Shown here: positions 1 through 10,422 of the stretch, in pieces
How the letters are laid out: every line of letters begins with the position of its first letter
Position numbering within the stretch: position 1 is the stretch's first letter
Assembly: GCA_963700285.1 (NCBI GenBank)
Contig: CAVOXA010000005.1
Coordinates: forward strand, 1 to 64,000
Source: an uncultured Chloroflexia bacterium
GTDB lineage: Bacteria > Chloroflexota > Anaerolineae > JAAYZQ01
Length of the DNA: 64,000 nucleotides
Direction of reading: 5' to 3'
Translations under genes and position numbers: made by a program
Notes under the pieces: generated by a model
What the model was told of the DNA's origin: nothing
Database searches by the model: none
The model's input: only the letters and a program-made list of their open reading frames with translations

Positions 1-9
1 TACGTCAAT

Positions 10-38
10 TTGACAGAACCAGGCAAAGGTGCTATTAT
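10..38 (+). promoter_or_regulatory. sigma70-type promoter upstream of csp
   Basis: TTGACA (10-15), 17-bp spacer, TG-n-TATTAT (-10 at 33-38). Confidence 0.7.
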
Positions 39-82
39 GTTTTTGTAGGATGAAGTAAGAATCTGGTTTGATCAAAGACGAC

Positions 83-119
83 GAGCGCCCAGGCTTTTAC
101 CAGTCTGGGCGCTCTTTTT
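83..119 (+). terminator. terminator-like hairpin within the csp leader
   Basis: GAGCGCCCAG (83-92) pairs with CTGGGCGCTC (105-114), followed by TTTTT. Confidence 0.6.
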
Positions 120-171
120 ATGCGACAACTGGCGATACCTTCCTCCTAACAACATTTTTGAAAGGTGAAAC

Positions 172-387
172 ATGTCTGAACGAGAAACTGGAACCGTCAA
201 GTGGTTCAATGGAGACAAGGGCTATGGGTTTATAGCCCGGGAGGAAGGCGCTGATGTTTTTGTCCATTTCTCTGAAATCCGAGGCGAAGGCTTTCGGAAC
301 CTGGACGAAGGACAGAGCGTTGAGTTCAACGTCGAGCAGGGCCAGAAGGGACTGCAGGCGACCAATGTGGCCGTGGTAGGCTGGTAA
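172..387 (+). CDS. cspA: cold-shock domain protein
   Basis: GTVKWFN, KGYGFI (RNP1), DVFVHFS (RNP2); 71 aa; AAGGTG RBS. Confidence 0.95.
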   Translation: MSERETGTVKWFNGDKGYGFIAREEGADVFVHFSEIRGEGFRNLDEGQSVEFNVEQGQKGLQATNVAVVGW

Positions 388-879
388 CTGGCCGATGGAG
401 GGGCCTTGTCTCTGTCGCGACGTCGACGGAGCAAGATGCCCGGCAGGCCAAGCGTGGCTTGAACGGCAGGCAGGTTGATAAGCGGGAGATCAAGGTGGAC
501 AAGTCCAATCCGCAGCGCGACCGTCGAGGAAGTGATGGGGGGGGCTCTGGCTGGTAGGAATTCGACAGGGAGCGTCGGACCCGCAGGCAACAACGAACCG
601 CCGGTGTATGATGTGTCATGAACCGGTGGGACAATCCACTAGCATTTCGATGCGGCGCGGACTGGAATCATTCCAGTCCGCGCTTGCTTGTAGGTCGGAT
701 GCCTGTCGGGCCAGGCCTGACCCTTCCATCATCGTGGAACGTGCATAGCTGCAGGGTATCGGCAATTGCGAGGTATCCTGTTTCGTCTTTCAGTCGTATG
801 ACTCGTTGGCGTACCCTTTGACAAGCTCCTCTCGTAGGACCATCGAGTATGCCCGAACAAGTGCAGTGGAGGGAAAGCC

Positions 880-1377
880 ATGGAATTTTCCGTAGGTGAT
901 AAGGTGGTACATCCGCATCATGGGCCGGGCCGGGTTGCAGGTGTAGAGCGCAGGGATCTCATGGATGGGCCCAAACGCTACTATGTGATCGACATACCGG
1001 GCCAGGGATTGACCGTACATATCCCCGTAGGCACAGCCGATGAGGTGGGTCTGAGGCCTGCCATGTCCCAGTCGAGTCTCCCGCGGGTGCTGAGCATGCT
1101 GCGCGGCAGACCCCGCCTACTGGCAGCGGATTACAGGGAGCGCCAGGAAAAGGTACGCGCCGAGCTGAACACCGGCCAGGTAATGCAGTTGATCCGGGTG
1201 GTGCGCGATCTCACCTGGCACCGGGAGCGGGCGCACTTGACAAGAAAGGACCATGAATACCTCAGGCAAGGCCGGGATCTCCTCGCCGCCGAGATGGCGT
1301 TGGTCTCCAGCGACAGCGTCTCGGATGCGAGCGAGCTGATCACCGCTACAATGGCTGCTGCCGTGGCTGGCCTGTAG
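880..1377 (+). CDS. carD: CarD family transcriptional regulator
   Basis: FSVGDKVVHPHHGPGRV N-terminal RID motif, GLRP linker, LTRKDHEYL..LLAAEMA C-terminus; 165 aa. Confidence 0.9.
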   Translation: MEFSVGDKVVHPHHGPGRVAGVERRDLMDGPKRYYVIDIPGQGLTVHIPVGTADEVGLRPAMSQSSLPRVLSMLRGRPRLLAADYRERQEKVRAELNTGQVMQLIRVVRDLTWHRERAHLTRKDHEYLRQGRDLLAAEMALVSSDSVSDASELITATMAAAVAGL

Positions 1378-1598
1378 CATAGGGCAGTACTCCGCGATGA
1401 ACCAGCTCCAAGTAGGCACCTGGACCGAGGCGATCAGCATGACGCCAAAAGCTTGCAGCGCCGGGGGTTGGCGGGGTGCGGCCAATCATAGACTAGTCCT
1501 GCCGGACGAAGAAGAGTTGGAAACGGAGGAGGTGTTGGTGACTCTGGCCGGGCCAAGGTCCGTTTGGAGCTAGACCGAGATAGGAGTGGAGAGCTGAA

Positions 1599-3089
1599 AT
1601 GAACATTCTACTGATCTATCCCGAGTTTCCAGACACTTTCTGGAGTTTCAAGCATGCGTTGAGGTTCGTGCGCAGGAATGCCTCCTCGCCGCCGCTGGGC
1701 CTGCTGACGGTGGCCGCCATGCTGCCGCCAAGCTGGTCAAAGCGCTTGGTCGATGCCAATGTGACCAAGCTGACCAGCGAAGACTTGGCGTGGGCTGATT
1801 TCGCGTTTGTCAGTGGCATGACTGTGCAAAGGGAATCGGCACATCAGATGATTGCTCGCTGCAAGGAGGCGGGCGTACAAGTTGTAGCTGGAGGACCACT
1901 CTTTACGGTCGAGCATGAGCAGTTTCATGAGGTCGATCATTTCGTGTTGCAGGAAGCCGAGCTAACCCTGCCAGCCTTTCTGGCAGATCTGCGCGAGGGC
2001 CGTGCCGAACGAATCTACACGACGACCGAATTTGCGGACCTGAGCGTGACGCCGGTTCCTCTCTGGGAGCTGGCCGATCTGGGACGCTACTTTTCGATGA
2101 GCATCCAGTTCTCCCGAGGCTGTCCGTACAACTGTGAGTTCTGCAATGTGACGGCGCTGCTCGGTCACCGGCCGCGCACCAAGACCGCCGAGCAGATCCT
2201 TGCCGAGCTGGACGATCTCTATGATCTCGGGTGGCGTGGGGGCATCTTTTTCGTGGATGACAACCTGATCGGGAACAAGAGATGTCTCGAAACGGAACTC
2301 CTGCCCGCCTTGGTCGAATGGAGGAAAGGAAAAAGGCTGGGACTGTTCAGCACGGAGGTCACCATCAACCTGGCTGATGACGAGCCATTGATGCACCTGA
2401 TGGTCCAGGCTGGCTTTGGCGCGGTCTTTGTCGGCATAGAGACGCCGGATGAGAGCGGCCTGGCCGAGTGCAGCAAGAAGCAGAACATGGGCCGTGACCT
2501 GGTCGAAAGCGTGAAACGTCTTCAGCGCGCTGGGTTGCAGGTGCAGGGAGGCTTTATCGTCGGCTTTGACAGTGATACTCCCTCCATTTTCCAGCGGCAG
2601 ATTGACTTTATTCAGGAAAGCGGGATTGTCACAGCCATGGTTGGCCTGCTTCAAGCTCCGCCTGGCACACGCCTGTACGAACGCCTGAAGCAGGCGGGAC
2701 GGTTGCTGGAACAGATGTCGGGCGACAATGTCGATGGCACAACCAATATCGTGCCCACGATGGACTTGGCTACACTGCGCGAGGGGTATAGGCGGATCCT
2801 ACAACACATCTACTCACCAACGCCCTACTACCAGCGCGTCAGGACCTTCTTGGGCGAGTACCGGCCACCCAAGCTGGCGGTCCCACGGGATCTTGCCTTT
2901 GTCTGGGAGATGGGCCTGGCCTTCGTCCGTTCCATCTATCGCCTGGGCATCAGGGGCCAGGAGCGCGTGCACTACTGGAGGCTCCTATGGTGGACACTGT
3001 TCCGCCGTCCCAGGCTATTGCCGCTGGCGGTCACGCTGGCCATCTATGGCTATCATTTCCGCACGATCTCTGAGCAACACATCCTCTAG
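1599..3089 (+). CDS. B12-binding radical SAM protein (HpnP-like, DUF4070 C-terminus)
   Basis: PPLGLLTVAAMLP B12-binding start, SRGCPYNCEFC CX3CX2C motif, FFVDDN, GGFIVGFD; GGAG RBS. Confidence 0.9.
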   Translation: MNILLIYPEFPDTFWSFKHALRFVRRNASSPPLGLLTVAAMLPPSWSKRLVDANVTKLTSEDLAWADFAFVSGMTVQRESAHQMIARCKEAGVQVVAGGPLFTVEHEQFHEVDHFVLQEAELTLPAFLADLREGRAERIYTTTEFADLSVTPVPLWELADLGRYFSMSIQFSRGCPYNCEFCNVTALLGHRPRTKTAEQILAELDDLYDLGWRGGIFFVDDNLIGNKRCLETELLPALVEWRKGKRLGLFSTEVTINLADDEPLMHLMVQAGFGAVFVGIETPDESGLAECSKKQNMGRDLVESVKRLQRAGLQVQGGFIVGFDSDTPSIFQRQIDFIQESGIVTAMVGLLQAPPGTRLYERLKQAGRLLEQMSGDNVDGTTNIVPTMDLATLREGYRRILQHIYSPTPYYQRVRTFLGEYRPPKLAVPRDLAFVWEMGLAFVRSIYRLGIRGQERVHYWRLLWWTLFRRPRLLPLAVTLAIYGYHFRTISEQHIL

Positions 3090-3098
3090 GACCACAGG

Positions 3099-4020
3099 TC
3101 ATGGCCCAGCGAAGAGATGACAGGCTGTGCGGTGGCCTTTGCCCACGGAGGGGAATTGCGGTTCCTGCTCCTCGCAGATCGCGCCGATCTTGGCAAAGCT
3201 TCGGGTGTGAAAGCGGCAGCCGCTGGGCGGATCGATGGGACTGGGTACGTTCCCCTCCAAGATGATCCGCTCCCGGCGGGCGGCCTTGTCCACGGTGGGC
3301 ACTGCCGCTACCAGTGCCTGCGTGTAGGGATGCGCGGGACTGGCGAAGAACTCGTCCGTCGGCCCTTCTTCGACGATCTTGCCCAAGTACATGATCGCCA
3401 CCCGGTCGCTGACGTAATGGACGACACTCAGGTCGTGGGCGATAAAGAGGTAGGTCAGGTCGAATTCCTCCTGGAGTTCGTCCAGTAGGTTGATGACCTG
3501 GGCCTGGATGGAGACGTCCAGGGCGGATACCGGCTCGTCACAGACGATGAACTGGGGGCGCATGGCCAGGGCGCGGGCGATGCCGATGCGCTGGCGCTGG
3601 CCACCGCTGAATTGGTGGGGATAGGTGTCCATGCGGCTTTCGGGGATACCTACGCGTTGCAGCAGGTAGGCGACCTCGTCCTCCAACTCGTGAAAGTCCT
3701 TGATGCCGCGGTTTCTCAGGGGCACGGTGACGATCTGGCGCACAGTCTTTCGTGGATTCAGGAAAGAATAGGGGTTCTGAAAGATCATCTGAATGTAGCG
3801 ATAGAAGCCCAGGCGGGTGCCATCCGGCGGTGCGCCTTCCTTCCCGGCTGACGCGGTCGGTACCGGCGTCGCTTCGGGAGCACGTTTTTGGGCGTGGACG
3901 TCCCACCCCCGAAATAGAACCTGACCCTCGGTAGGCTCGTACAGTCGGGTCAGTACCCGGCCAAAAGTCGTCTTGCCGCAGCCTGACTCCCCCACGAGGC
4001 CGACCGTCTCCCCCGGCCCG
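3099..4020 (-). pseudogene. oligopeptide/dipeptide ABC ATP-binding subunit (OppF/DppF-like), N-terminus deleted
   Basis: [17 protein letters not shown] Walker A, FSGGQRQR, CDEP, PPSGCRFH; no start region, abuts the truncated permease. Confidence 0.8.
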
Positions 4021-4738
4021 AGCTAGTGTGACATAGTCCTGCCGCAGCGTCTCCACCATGCTCGAGCGCAGCACCCTGGCCACGATAGCGGCCACCGAGG
4101 CCCCCAGGACGATCGAGGGCAAGACCAGGTGTCTCAGGCTGCTGACCAGCGCTTCCCAATTCCTGGTGAGGATGCTATCCGGCACGTACATGCCGGTTAT
4201 TTCCTGTAATGGTATGCCGAAATCAATGCGGCCCTGCACGGGTAGCCATCGGAGGCGGACAGAAAAGAGAAGGATCAAGACGATGCCCAACCAGAAGGCG
4301 GGCATTGAAACACCTAGAAAGGCACCGGCCATGCCGAGCCGGTCCACCAGCGAGTACTGCCGCACGGCAGAAATGATGCCGATGGGTATGGCAACGAGCA
4401 GAGCGAAAAAGAGAGCACCCAGGGCGAGTTCGATGGTCGCTGGCAGCCGCTCGGCAATGAGATCGGTCACCGGTTGCCTTTGGACATAGGAGTACCCGAG
4501 ATTGCCACGGATCGCACCCTTCAGGAACAGCCACAGTTGCACGGGGAGAGGTTCGTCGAGGTGAAACTCGTGGCGCAGCTGTTCCTGTTCACCGGCGCCC
4601 ACGGCTCCATCCTGCCCCAGCATGATGTCTACCGGGTCGCCAGGGGGTCAGGCGCATGAAGAAAAAGACCACAATGGCCACGCCAAACATGATGGGGATG
4701 ACCATGAGGATACGTTCCACAACTTTGAGTGTGCGCAT
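4015..4738 (-). pseudogene. peptide ABC permease (OppB/DppB-like), frameshifted and C-terminally truncated
   Basis: MRTLKVVERILMVIP start, frameshift in a C run before GDPVDIMLG, RLPATIELA, breaks off at [11 protein letters not shown] (EAA loop). Confidence 0.8.
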
Positions 4739-4802
4739 AGCCTACTTTTCTGAGATAGGCGCCTGTCTCGGTATTAGAGACCCCGATGCACCGTTGTACG
4801 AT

Positions 4803-4837
4803 GATCAGGGATCGGGTATCATACCCGATCCCTGATC
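4803..4837. other. perfect inverted repeat between the SBP and permease genes (mRNA stability/terminator hairpin)
   Basis: GATCAGGGATCGGGTAT-C-ATACCCGATCCCTGATC, 17-bp arms. Confidence 0.75.
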
Positions 4838-4859
4838 GTTCTGCTTTCCAACTGGGTGT

Positions 4860-6243
4860 CTAGGGCGTGATGCACACGTCGTGCATGTTGATGCGGCTGT
4901 CGGAGGCCGGTTCCCAGTTCGTTATGTCTGCGCGGGCTGCTTCAGCTTCCTCAGGCAGGACCAGAAAGATGGCTGGCGCTTCCTCATAGACGATCTCCTG
5001 GGCCTCGTCGTACAGCTTTTGCCGCTCGGCGGTATCGGGAGTGGTCTCGGCAGCTTTGATCAGCTCGTCAACCCGCTTCAGTCAACATGGCCACAGCCTT
5101 GTCCGGATCGTATGGGTATGGCTCCAGACTCTTGTTCACAAAGTTGTTGTAGGGTGAGAGGGGACCGGGCAGGGCCACCGCGCGCCCGCCATAGATGGTT
5201 TCGATGATCAGCTCCTTGTCTACGGCATAGTTCAGCGCCTGGCGGACCAGTGGGTCATCGAAGGGCGGCTAGGTGACGTTCATCTCCATCCACGTCGGCC
5301 GGGTGCTGGGGGCAGTCAAGAGTTGAATGCCCTTGGTTTGGTCCAGGGTATCGACCAATTCCGCAGGTACAGCCTGGATGATATCCACCTCGCCAGCCAG
5401 TAGGGCTGCTACGAATGTCGATGCTTCGGGGATCACGCGAATGACGACTTGTCGCGCGCAGGCTGGGCCGACCGGTTCCAGGCTGGGAGCCCCACCCCAG
5501 TAGTCATCGAATCGTTCCAAGACGATCTCATCCAATCCCTTGGCCGAAACGAACTTGAAGGGGCCGGTGCCAATGGGGTGCTGGACAAAGCCCTCGGTAC
5601 CCACTTCCTCCAGGTAGTGCTTGGGCACGATCTGCTGATGAACGAGCATCTGCTCTGCAACCGGCCAGGGTCCGCTGAAGCGCATGATGACCGTATAGTC
5701 ATCCACCTTCTCGACCGACTCTAGTGGTGCGATGAGCCCCCCGCGTGGCGAGCTATGGGGCTCGGGATATTCGATCATGTTCTCGCCGATGATGCGCTCG
5801 AAGGTAAAGACGACGTCATCAGCCGTCATTTCTACGCCGTCGTGGAACTTGACGCCCTGGCGAAGCTTCACCTCCAGGGTTTTTTCGTCTATCCACTCCA
5901 TTGCTTCGGCCAACTCGAGGTGTATGCCGCTGCGGGTGTCGCGGGTGACCAGGCCGTCAAACATGTTGCGGGCCACGTTCTCCGATTGCCGGCTGCGGTG
6001 GTCGGCCGGATCCAGAGTATCGGGCGCCTGGGCCATGGCTACAATGATCACGTCTCGCGCGGGAGGCGCCGTAGGCGTGACTACTTTCTCAACTTCGATC
6101 TGGACCGTCTCCTTGATCTCAACTACCTGGGTGACGATCTTTTCTACCTCCACGGGCTCCGGAGGGGCGCCGCAGGCGACCACGAGGGCCAATGGTATCA
6201 GAATCGAGACACAGATCAGCAGGGTTTTCCTTACAAGACTCAT
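4860..6243 (-). pseudogene. family 5 ABC substrate-binding lipoprotein with in-frame TAG and internal deletion
   Basis: lipobox LVVAC, TLDP, LRQGVKFHDG, PIGTGPF; NVT*PPFDDPLVRQALNYAVDK continues past TAG at 5269-5271; AMLTEAG jumps to RVDELIKAA near 5070. Confidence 0.8.
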
Positions 6244-6770
6244 CCTTTCTCTCCTTTCGATTTCTAGGGCGATCAGCGGCTTTGCCAGTGCAGATTGCTC
6301 CGTGCTCAGGTCCTTATGCGGTACCACCTCCTTTCCGTCCTCAACCGCCCTCCACGAGCCTGCCAGTGCGGTTGACGGACCTGTGTCAAGCAGAATCGCG
6401 ACATTGCGAACGTGATGCCTACTGCCCTGGTGTGGACTCGCTGGAGAGAAAGGGCCAATACCCATGCCCAGTAAGCCTGCGGGCTCCGGGCGATCGCAGA
6501 TGCCTGGATCGCTTGCCTTGACTGGGCCTGCGTGCGAAGACCGTGCGCGCGGAACATGTCACAGCTCGAGGAGCCTTTTCTTAGCCAAGGGGGCGCTGTC
6601 GCGATGCTGCTCAACGCATCGTTCCTTCGCACAGCGAAAATGGATCGATCCCTGGCCGACTCATCCATGGTATTCTGTGTCCGTATGTCAAGGAGTTGCA
6701 CAGTATATACTTCTGATGTGCAAGTCTGAAGCCGGTTCGGTAAAAATTTTCATTCTTGGCGGATTCCAGG

Positions 6771-6799
6771 TTGACAGCGGAAATAATTTCTGCTATACT
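6771..6799 (+). promoter_or_regulatory. sigma70 promoter with a palindromic operator in the spacer
   Basis: TTGACA-17bp-TATACT; AGCGGAAAT-A-ATTTCTGCT dyad (6776-6794). Confidence 0.75.
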
Positions 6800-6807
6800 G
6801 CGCCCGA

Positions 6808-7686
6808 ATGGAACCTGCTATGGACGACAAAGGCATCCTGCTCCAGATCCAGAAATCCTTGCTCTCGCTGCCCGATCAGGAGCGCAGAGTTGGGGAGTAT
6901 ATCCTGAGACACCGCCACGACGTCGTGGACTATTCGATTACCCGGCTGGCGGAGGCGTCTGGTACAAGTATGACGACTATTTCGCGGTTCTGCCAGCGGA
7001 TGGGTATTGGAGGATACGGACAACTCAAGATCGCCCTGGCCAAGGAGTGGGGTTCAGCCCAGAACCTGGTCTACGTGGAGATCGAAGCGGGAGACACGTT
7101 GGCCAGTGTGGCCCAAAAGACCTTGGGATCCAATATACAGGCATTGTACGACCTGCAGAAGGCGCTGGACCTGGAGGGTCTCCAACAGGTTGCGGATGCG
7201 CTGTGGCTGGCCGGGCGCGTGGACATCTATGCAACCGGTGGCGCAGGGATTGCCGCCCGCGAACTGCACTTCAAATGCATGCAGTTGGGCCTCAACGCCA
7301 ACGCATTTCTGGATTCGCAGATGCAGGTTATGTCAGCTTCGGCCCTGACCCCTGGTGACGTCGGAATCGCCATTTCCCATAGCGGCAGGCAAGGCCACGT
7401 GGCCGAGGCGCTGAGGCTTGCTTCCTCGGGAGGGGCCAAAACGATTGCCCTCACCAGCTATCCCGATACGCCTGTGGCAAAAGCGGCCGAGATTGTGCTC
7501 TATACGACGTCGCTGGCTGGAATCATGACCTACGATTCACCCCGTGTGCGTACTACCCAGTTGGCGGTGGTGGACGTTGTCTATGATGTCATGCTCATGC
7601 AGGGCAATCCCCCGGTCCGAGACAACATGGCTCGCGTGGCCAGAGCCATGTCCAAATATACGGCGGGACTGGACCCCAGTGCCTGA
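6808..7686 (+). CDS. MurR/RpiR family transcriptional regulator (HTH + SIS)
   Basis: SITRLAEASGTSMTTISRFCQRMG HTH, GDVGIAISHSG SIS motif. Confidence 0.92.
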   Translation: MEPAMDDKGILLQIQKSLLSLPDQERRVGEYILRHRHDVVDYSITRLAEASGTSMTTISRFCQRMGIGGYGQLKIALAKEWGSAQNLVYVEIEAGDTLASVAQKTLGSNIQALYDLQKALDLEGLQQVADALWLAGRVDIYATGGAGIAARELHFKCMQLGLNANAFLDSQMQVMSASALTPGDVGIAISHSGRQGHVAEALRLASSGGAKTIALTSYPDTPVAKAAEIVLYTTSLAGIMTYDSPRVRTTQLAVVDVVYDVMLMQGNPPVRDNMARVARAMSKYTAGLDPSA

Positions 7687-7701
7687 GCCTTGAGGAAAAC
7701 T

Positions 7702-8895
7702 ATGGGCTATCTTACGCTCGCGCTGCAGGGTGATCACTATGCCATGGGACGCCAACACGGTCACCAGGTCCAGAATCTGCGGCCGCAGATCGCCAAGGCC
7801 ATCGAGATCCGGTTCGCGCAGATCGAACGAGACGGCGCTGATGCTCGCTTTGAGCGGCTGGTGCAAGAGACCCACGGCTTGCTCCAGGAGATCGACGCAC
7901 CTTTGGTGGATCTGGTCCGCGGCCAGGCTGAAGCCCTCGAGTTCGAGTTCGACTCGCTGTTTCGCTATGGCTTGGTCACCTATCTACGCGATGACTTGGC
8001 GATCCGCAAGCTCCAGAGCGCCCCAGCACCTCGGTCTCACGTTCCAGGGGACGTGTTGCGCGTAGGGGCGGAACATGGGAGTGAGGGCTGTACCACATGG
8101 GCCGCGTGCGGAGCGGCCACCGCCCAGAATGGGTCCGCCCATCAGAATGGGTCCGCCCATCAGAATGGGTCCGCCCACGGGCAGCCTATCCTGGCCAAGA
8201 ACCGTGATCAGGCTCCAGAATATCTTGCCTCGCAGACTGTGGCCCAGGTGACCCCGCAGTCCGGCTATCGCTATGTGTGTAGCGGCAGCGCCGGCTGCCC
8301 AGGGGTATTCTGTGCCGGGATCAATGAAGTGGGCCTGGCCGTCGGAGACAGCCACGTCTCGTCTACTGACCTGGGGCCCGGGCTGCCCGATTACTCGCTC
8401 ATGATGCATCTCCTGGAGGAGCATGCCGACGTTTCCTCAGCCCTCGACTATTTGCGCTCGGTACCTCGCATGGGGCGCAACAACCTCATTCTGGCCGATG
8501 CGCTGGGCCATATAGCCGTTTTTGAGATCGGCCACGACGGCTACGGCCAGTCCGAGACTTGCGACGGTGTGCTGGTCAGTACCAATCATTTTGTCACACC
8601 CTCGATGCGAGATCACTATGTAGACACGCAGGAGCCTCACCTGAGAGGCAACTCTTTCGCCCGCTACCAGACGGTAGCGCGGGCGCTGGAAGGGGCGATG
8701 GGGCGCGTTGATGTACCCTTTGCCCAACAGTTGATGGCGACCCACGCCGGGCCCCTGGCCTCCCTGTGCCGGCATCCAGCAGAGGATCTTGGGTCGATCA
8801 CGATTTCGGCCAGCATCTTTCTGCCCGCTCGGCGGGCCATGCTCTTTTGTCAAGGGCTGCCCTGCGAGGGCCAATATGATGAGTTTGTGCTGTGA
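7702..8895 (+). CDS. C45 family autoproteolytic Ntn acyltransferase/amidohydrolase
   Basis: GDHYAMGRQHG, EG/CTTW autocleavage site, LAKNRD, GINEVGL, TNHF. Confidence 0.85.
   Translation: MGYLTLALQGDHYAMGRQHGHQVQNLRPQIAKAIEIRFAQIERDGADARFERLVQETHGLLQEIDAPLVDLVRGQAEALEFEFDSLFRYGLVTYLRDDLAIRKLQSAPAPRSHVPGDVLRVGAEHGSEGCTTWAACGAATAQNGSAHQNGSAHQNGSAHGQPILAKNRDQAPEYLASQTVAQVTPQSGYRYVCSGSAGCPGVFCAGINEVGLAVGDSHVSSTDLGPGLPDYSLMMHLLEEHADVSSALDYLRSVPRMGRNNLILADALGHIAVFEIGHDGYGQSETCDGVLVSTNHFVTPSMRDHYVDTQEPHLRGNSFARYQTVARALEGAMGRVDVPFAQQLMATHAGPLASLCRHPAEDLGSITISASIFLPARRAMLFCQGLPCEGQYDEFVL
8120..8177 (+). repeat. 18-bp tandem repeat x3 (QNGSAH) inside the C45 gene
   Basis: CAGAATGGGTCCGCCCAT at 8125 and 8143, third copy at 8161 (17/18). 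Confidence 0.9.
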
Positions 8896-8939
8896 TAGGC
8901 CTGGGCTCCCATCTTGATCTGGAAGAGGTAGGGCCAAGC

Positions 8940-10403
8940 ATGTCAGGAATTGGTCGAGAGGGTCTAAGGGCAGGCTTTTTGTCCTTTCTCACAGAGGGTG
9001 ACATTGCGCGGATCCACGAGGGTGCGCTCCGGATCCTGACGCAGACGGGCATTGTTGTCCATGACGGAACCGCCCTGTCCCTCCTGAGAACAGGCGGGCT
9101 GCAGGGTTTTGCGCCAGGACCGCCGCGTTTACATGCCGGCGCCAGTGGTAGAACAGGCCGTGGCCCAGGCCCCGCAAGAGGTCTGCCTTTACTCCCGCGA
9201 GGGAGAACAGACGATGTCTCTGGGGCCTGGCCGGCTTCACGCGCGTACCTCTAGTGGAGCGACCGGCTTTGTCGATCTGTATAGTGGTCAGTTGCGCGCG
9301 CCTACCAGTCGGGATGCCGCTGCTGCTGCCCGGCTGGCCGATGCCCTGCCTCACGTCCATGGCGTCAGCACGATGGCGGCGCAGCCGGCCGACGTGCCCG
9401 TCACGTCTGTGGACGTGCACACCTTGCGGATCGCGTTAGCCAATACCACAAAGCCCCTGGGCTATGTCTGCCTCAACGAGTCGCTCATCGAACCTGTGCT
9501 GGACATGCTGGCCGTGGCGGTAGGGGGAGAGCAGGCTCTGCGGGAAAAGCCCATCATCACCGCCCTGGCCGAATCCACCTCGCCTTTACGGTTGGTGTCC
9601 AGCCAGTTGTCTGTACTCCAGGCCTTTGCCAGGCGTGGTTTGCCGCTCACACTCCATGCGCATCCGATGGCCGGGTTCACCGCACCGGTGACGCTGAGCG
9701 GCGAGCTGGTGATTACCCACGCCGAGGTTCTGGCCCTGGTGACTATCGCCCAGTTGATCCGGCCGGGCACACCTGTGGTCTATGGTATGTCTTCGTCGGT
9801 GCCGGACATGCGAGGCGGAACCAACCTTTCCGGGGCCGTCGAGATTGGCCTGTTGGGCGCTGCCGTGGCCAGATTGGCCAGACACTGTGGTTTGCCCTGC
9901 GTCATGAGCAGCAGGAACCGACGCCCATGCGCCGGGCGCCCAGTCGGTGATGGAACGGTTGATGACCCTATTGGTCCCGGCACTGGCGGGTATCGACCTG
10001 GTAAACCTGACCACCCTGGACACCAAGATGTCCTTCAGCCTGGAGCAGTTGGTGGTGGACGAGACGCTGCTCAGTGTGGTCGAACGATGCCTGCAGGGGA
10101 TTGCGGTGGACGATAGTACTCTTGCCCTGGATCTGATCCATGACGTCGGGCCGGGTGGCGCGTTCATCACCACCGATCATACCCTGGGACACTTTCGCGA
10201 CGAGTTGCTGGTCCCGGATCTGGTCGACCGCCAGAATAGAGAGTCGTGGCAGGCGGCTGGGGCGCCTGATATGCGTACACTCGCTCGGGAAAAGGCGCTG
10301 TGCATCCTGGCAGAGCATCAGCCTGTACCGCTGGCCGGACGATGTCGTCGTACAACTGGATGAGATCGTTGAGGAAGCAGAGTCTCGAGGGTTGAGCCAT
10401 TGA
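8940..10403 (+). CDS. trimethylamine methyltransferase (MttB/COG5598) family protein, non-pyrrolysine; about 3 frameshifts
   Basis: LSFLTEGDIARIHEGALRIL, PMAGFTAPVTLSG, QLIRPGTPVVYG, DMRGG..GAVEIG, LALDLIHDVGPGGAF, LAEHQP. Confidence 0.85.
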
Positions 10404-10422
10404 TTCGCCGAGAAGGGATGGG

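Noticed and set aside
1599-3089. Calling the radical SAM gene hpnP or linking it to the B12 operon
   Set aside because: No hopanoid genes nearby, the family is broad, and it is a separate transcription unit.
5269-5271. In-frame TAG in the SBP as pyrrolysine readthrough, given the nearby MttB
   Set aside because: The position fits a CAG>TAG change in a gene that also has a deletion; no pyl genes seen and the MttB itself lacks an amber codon.
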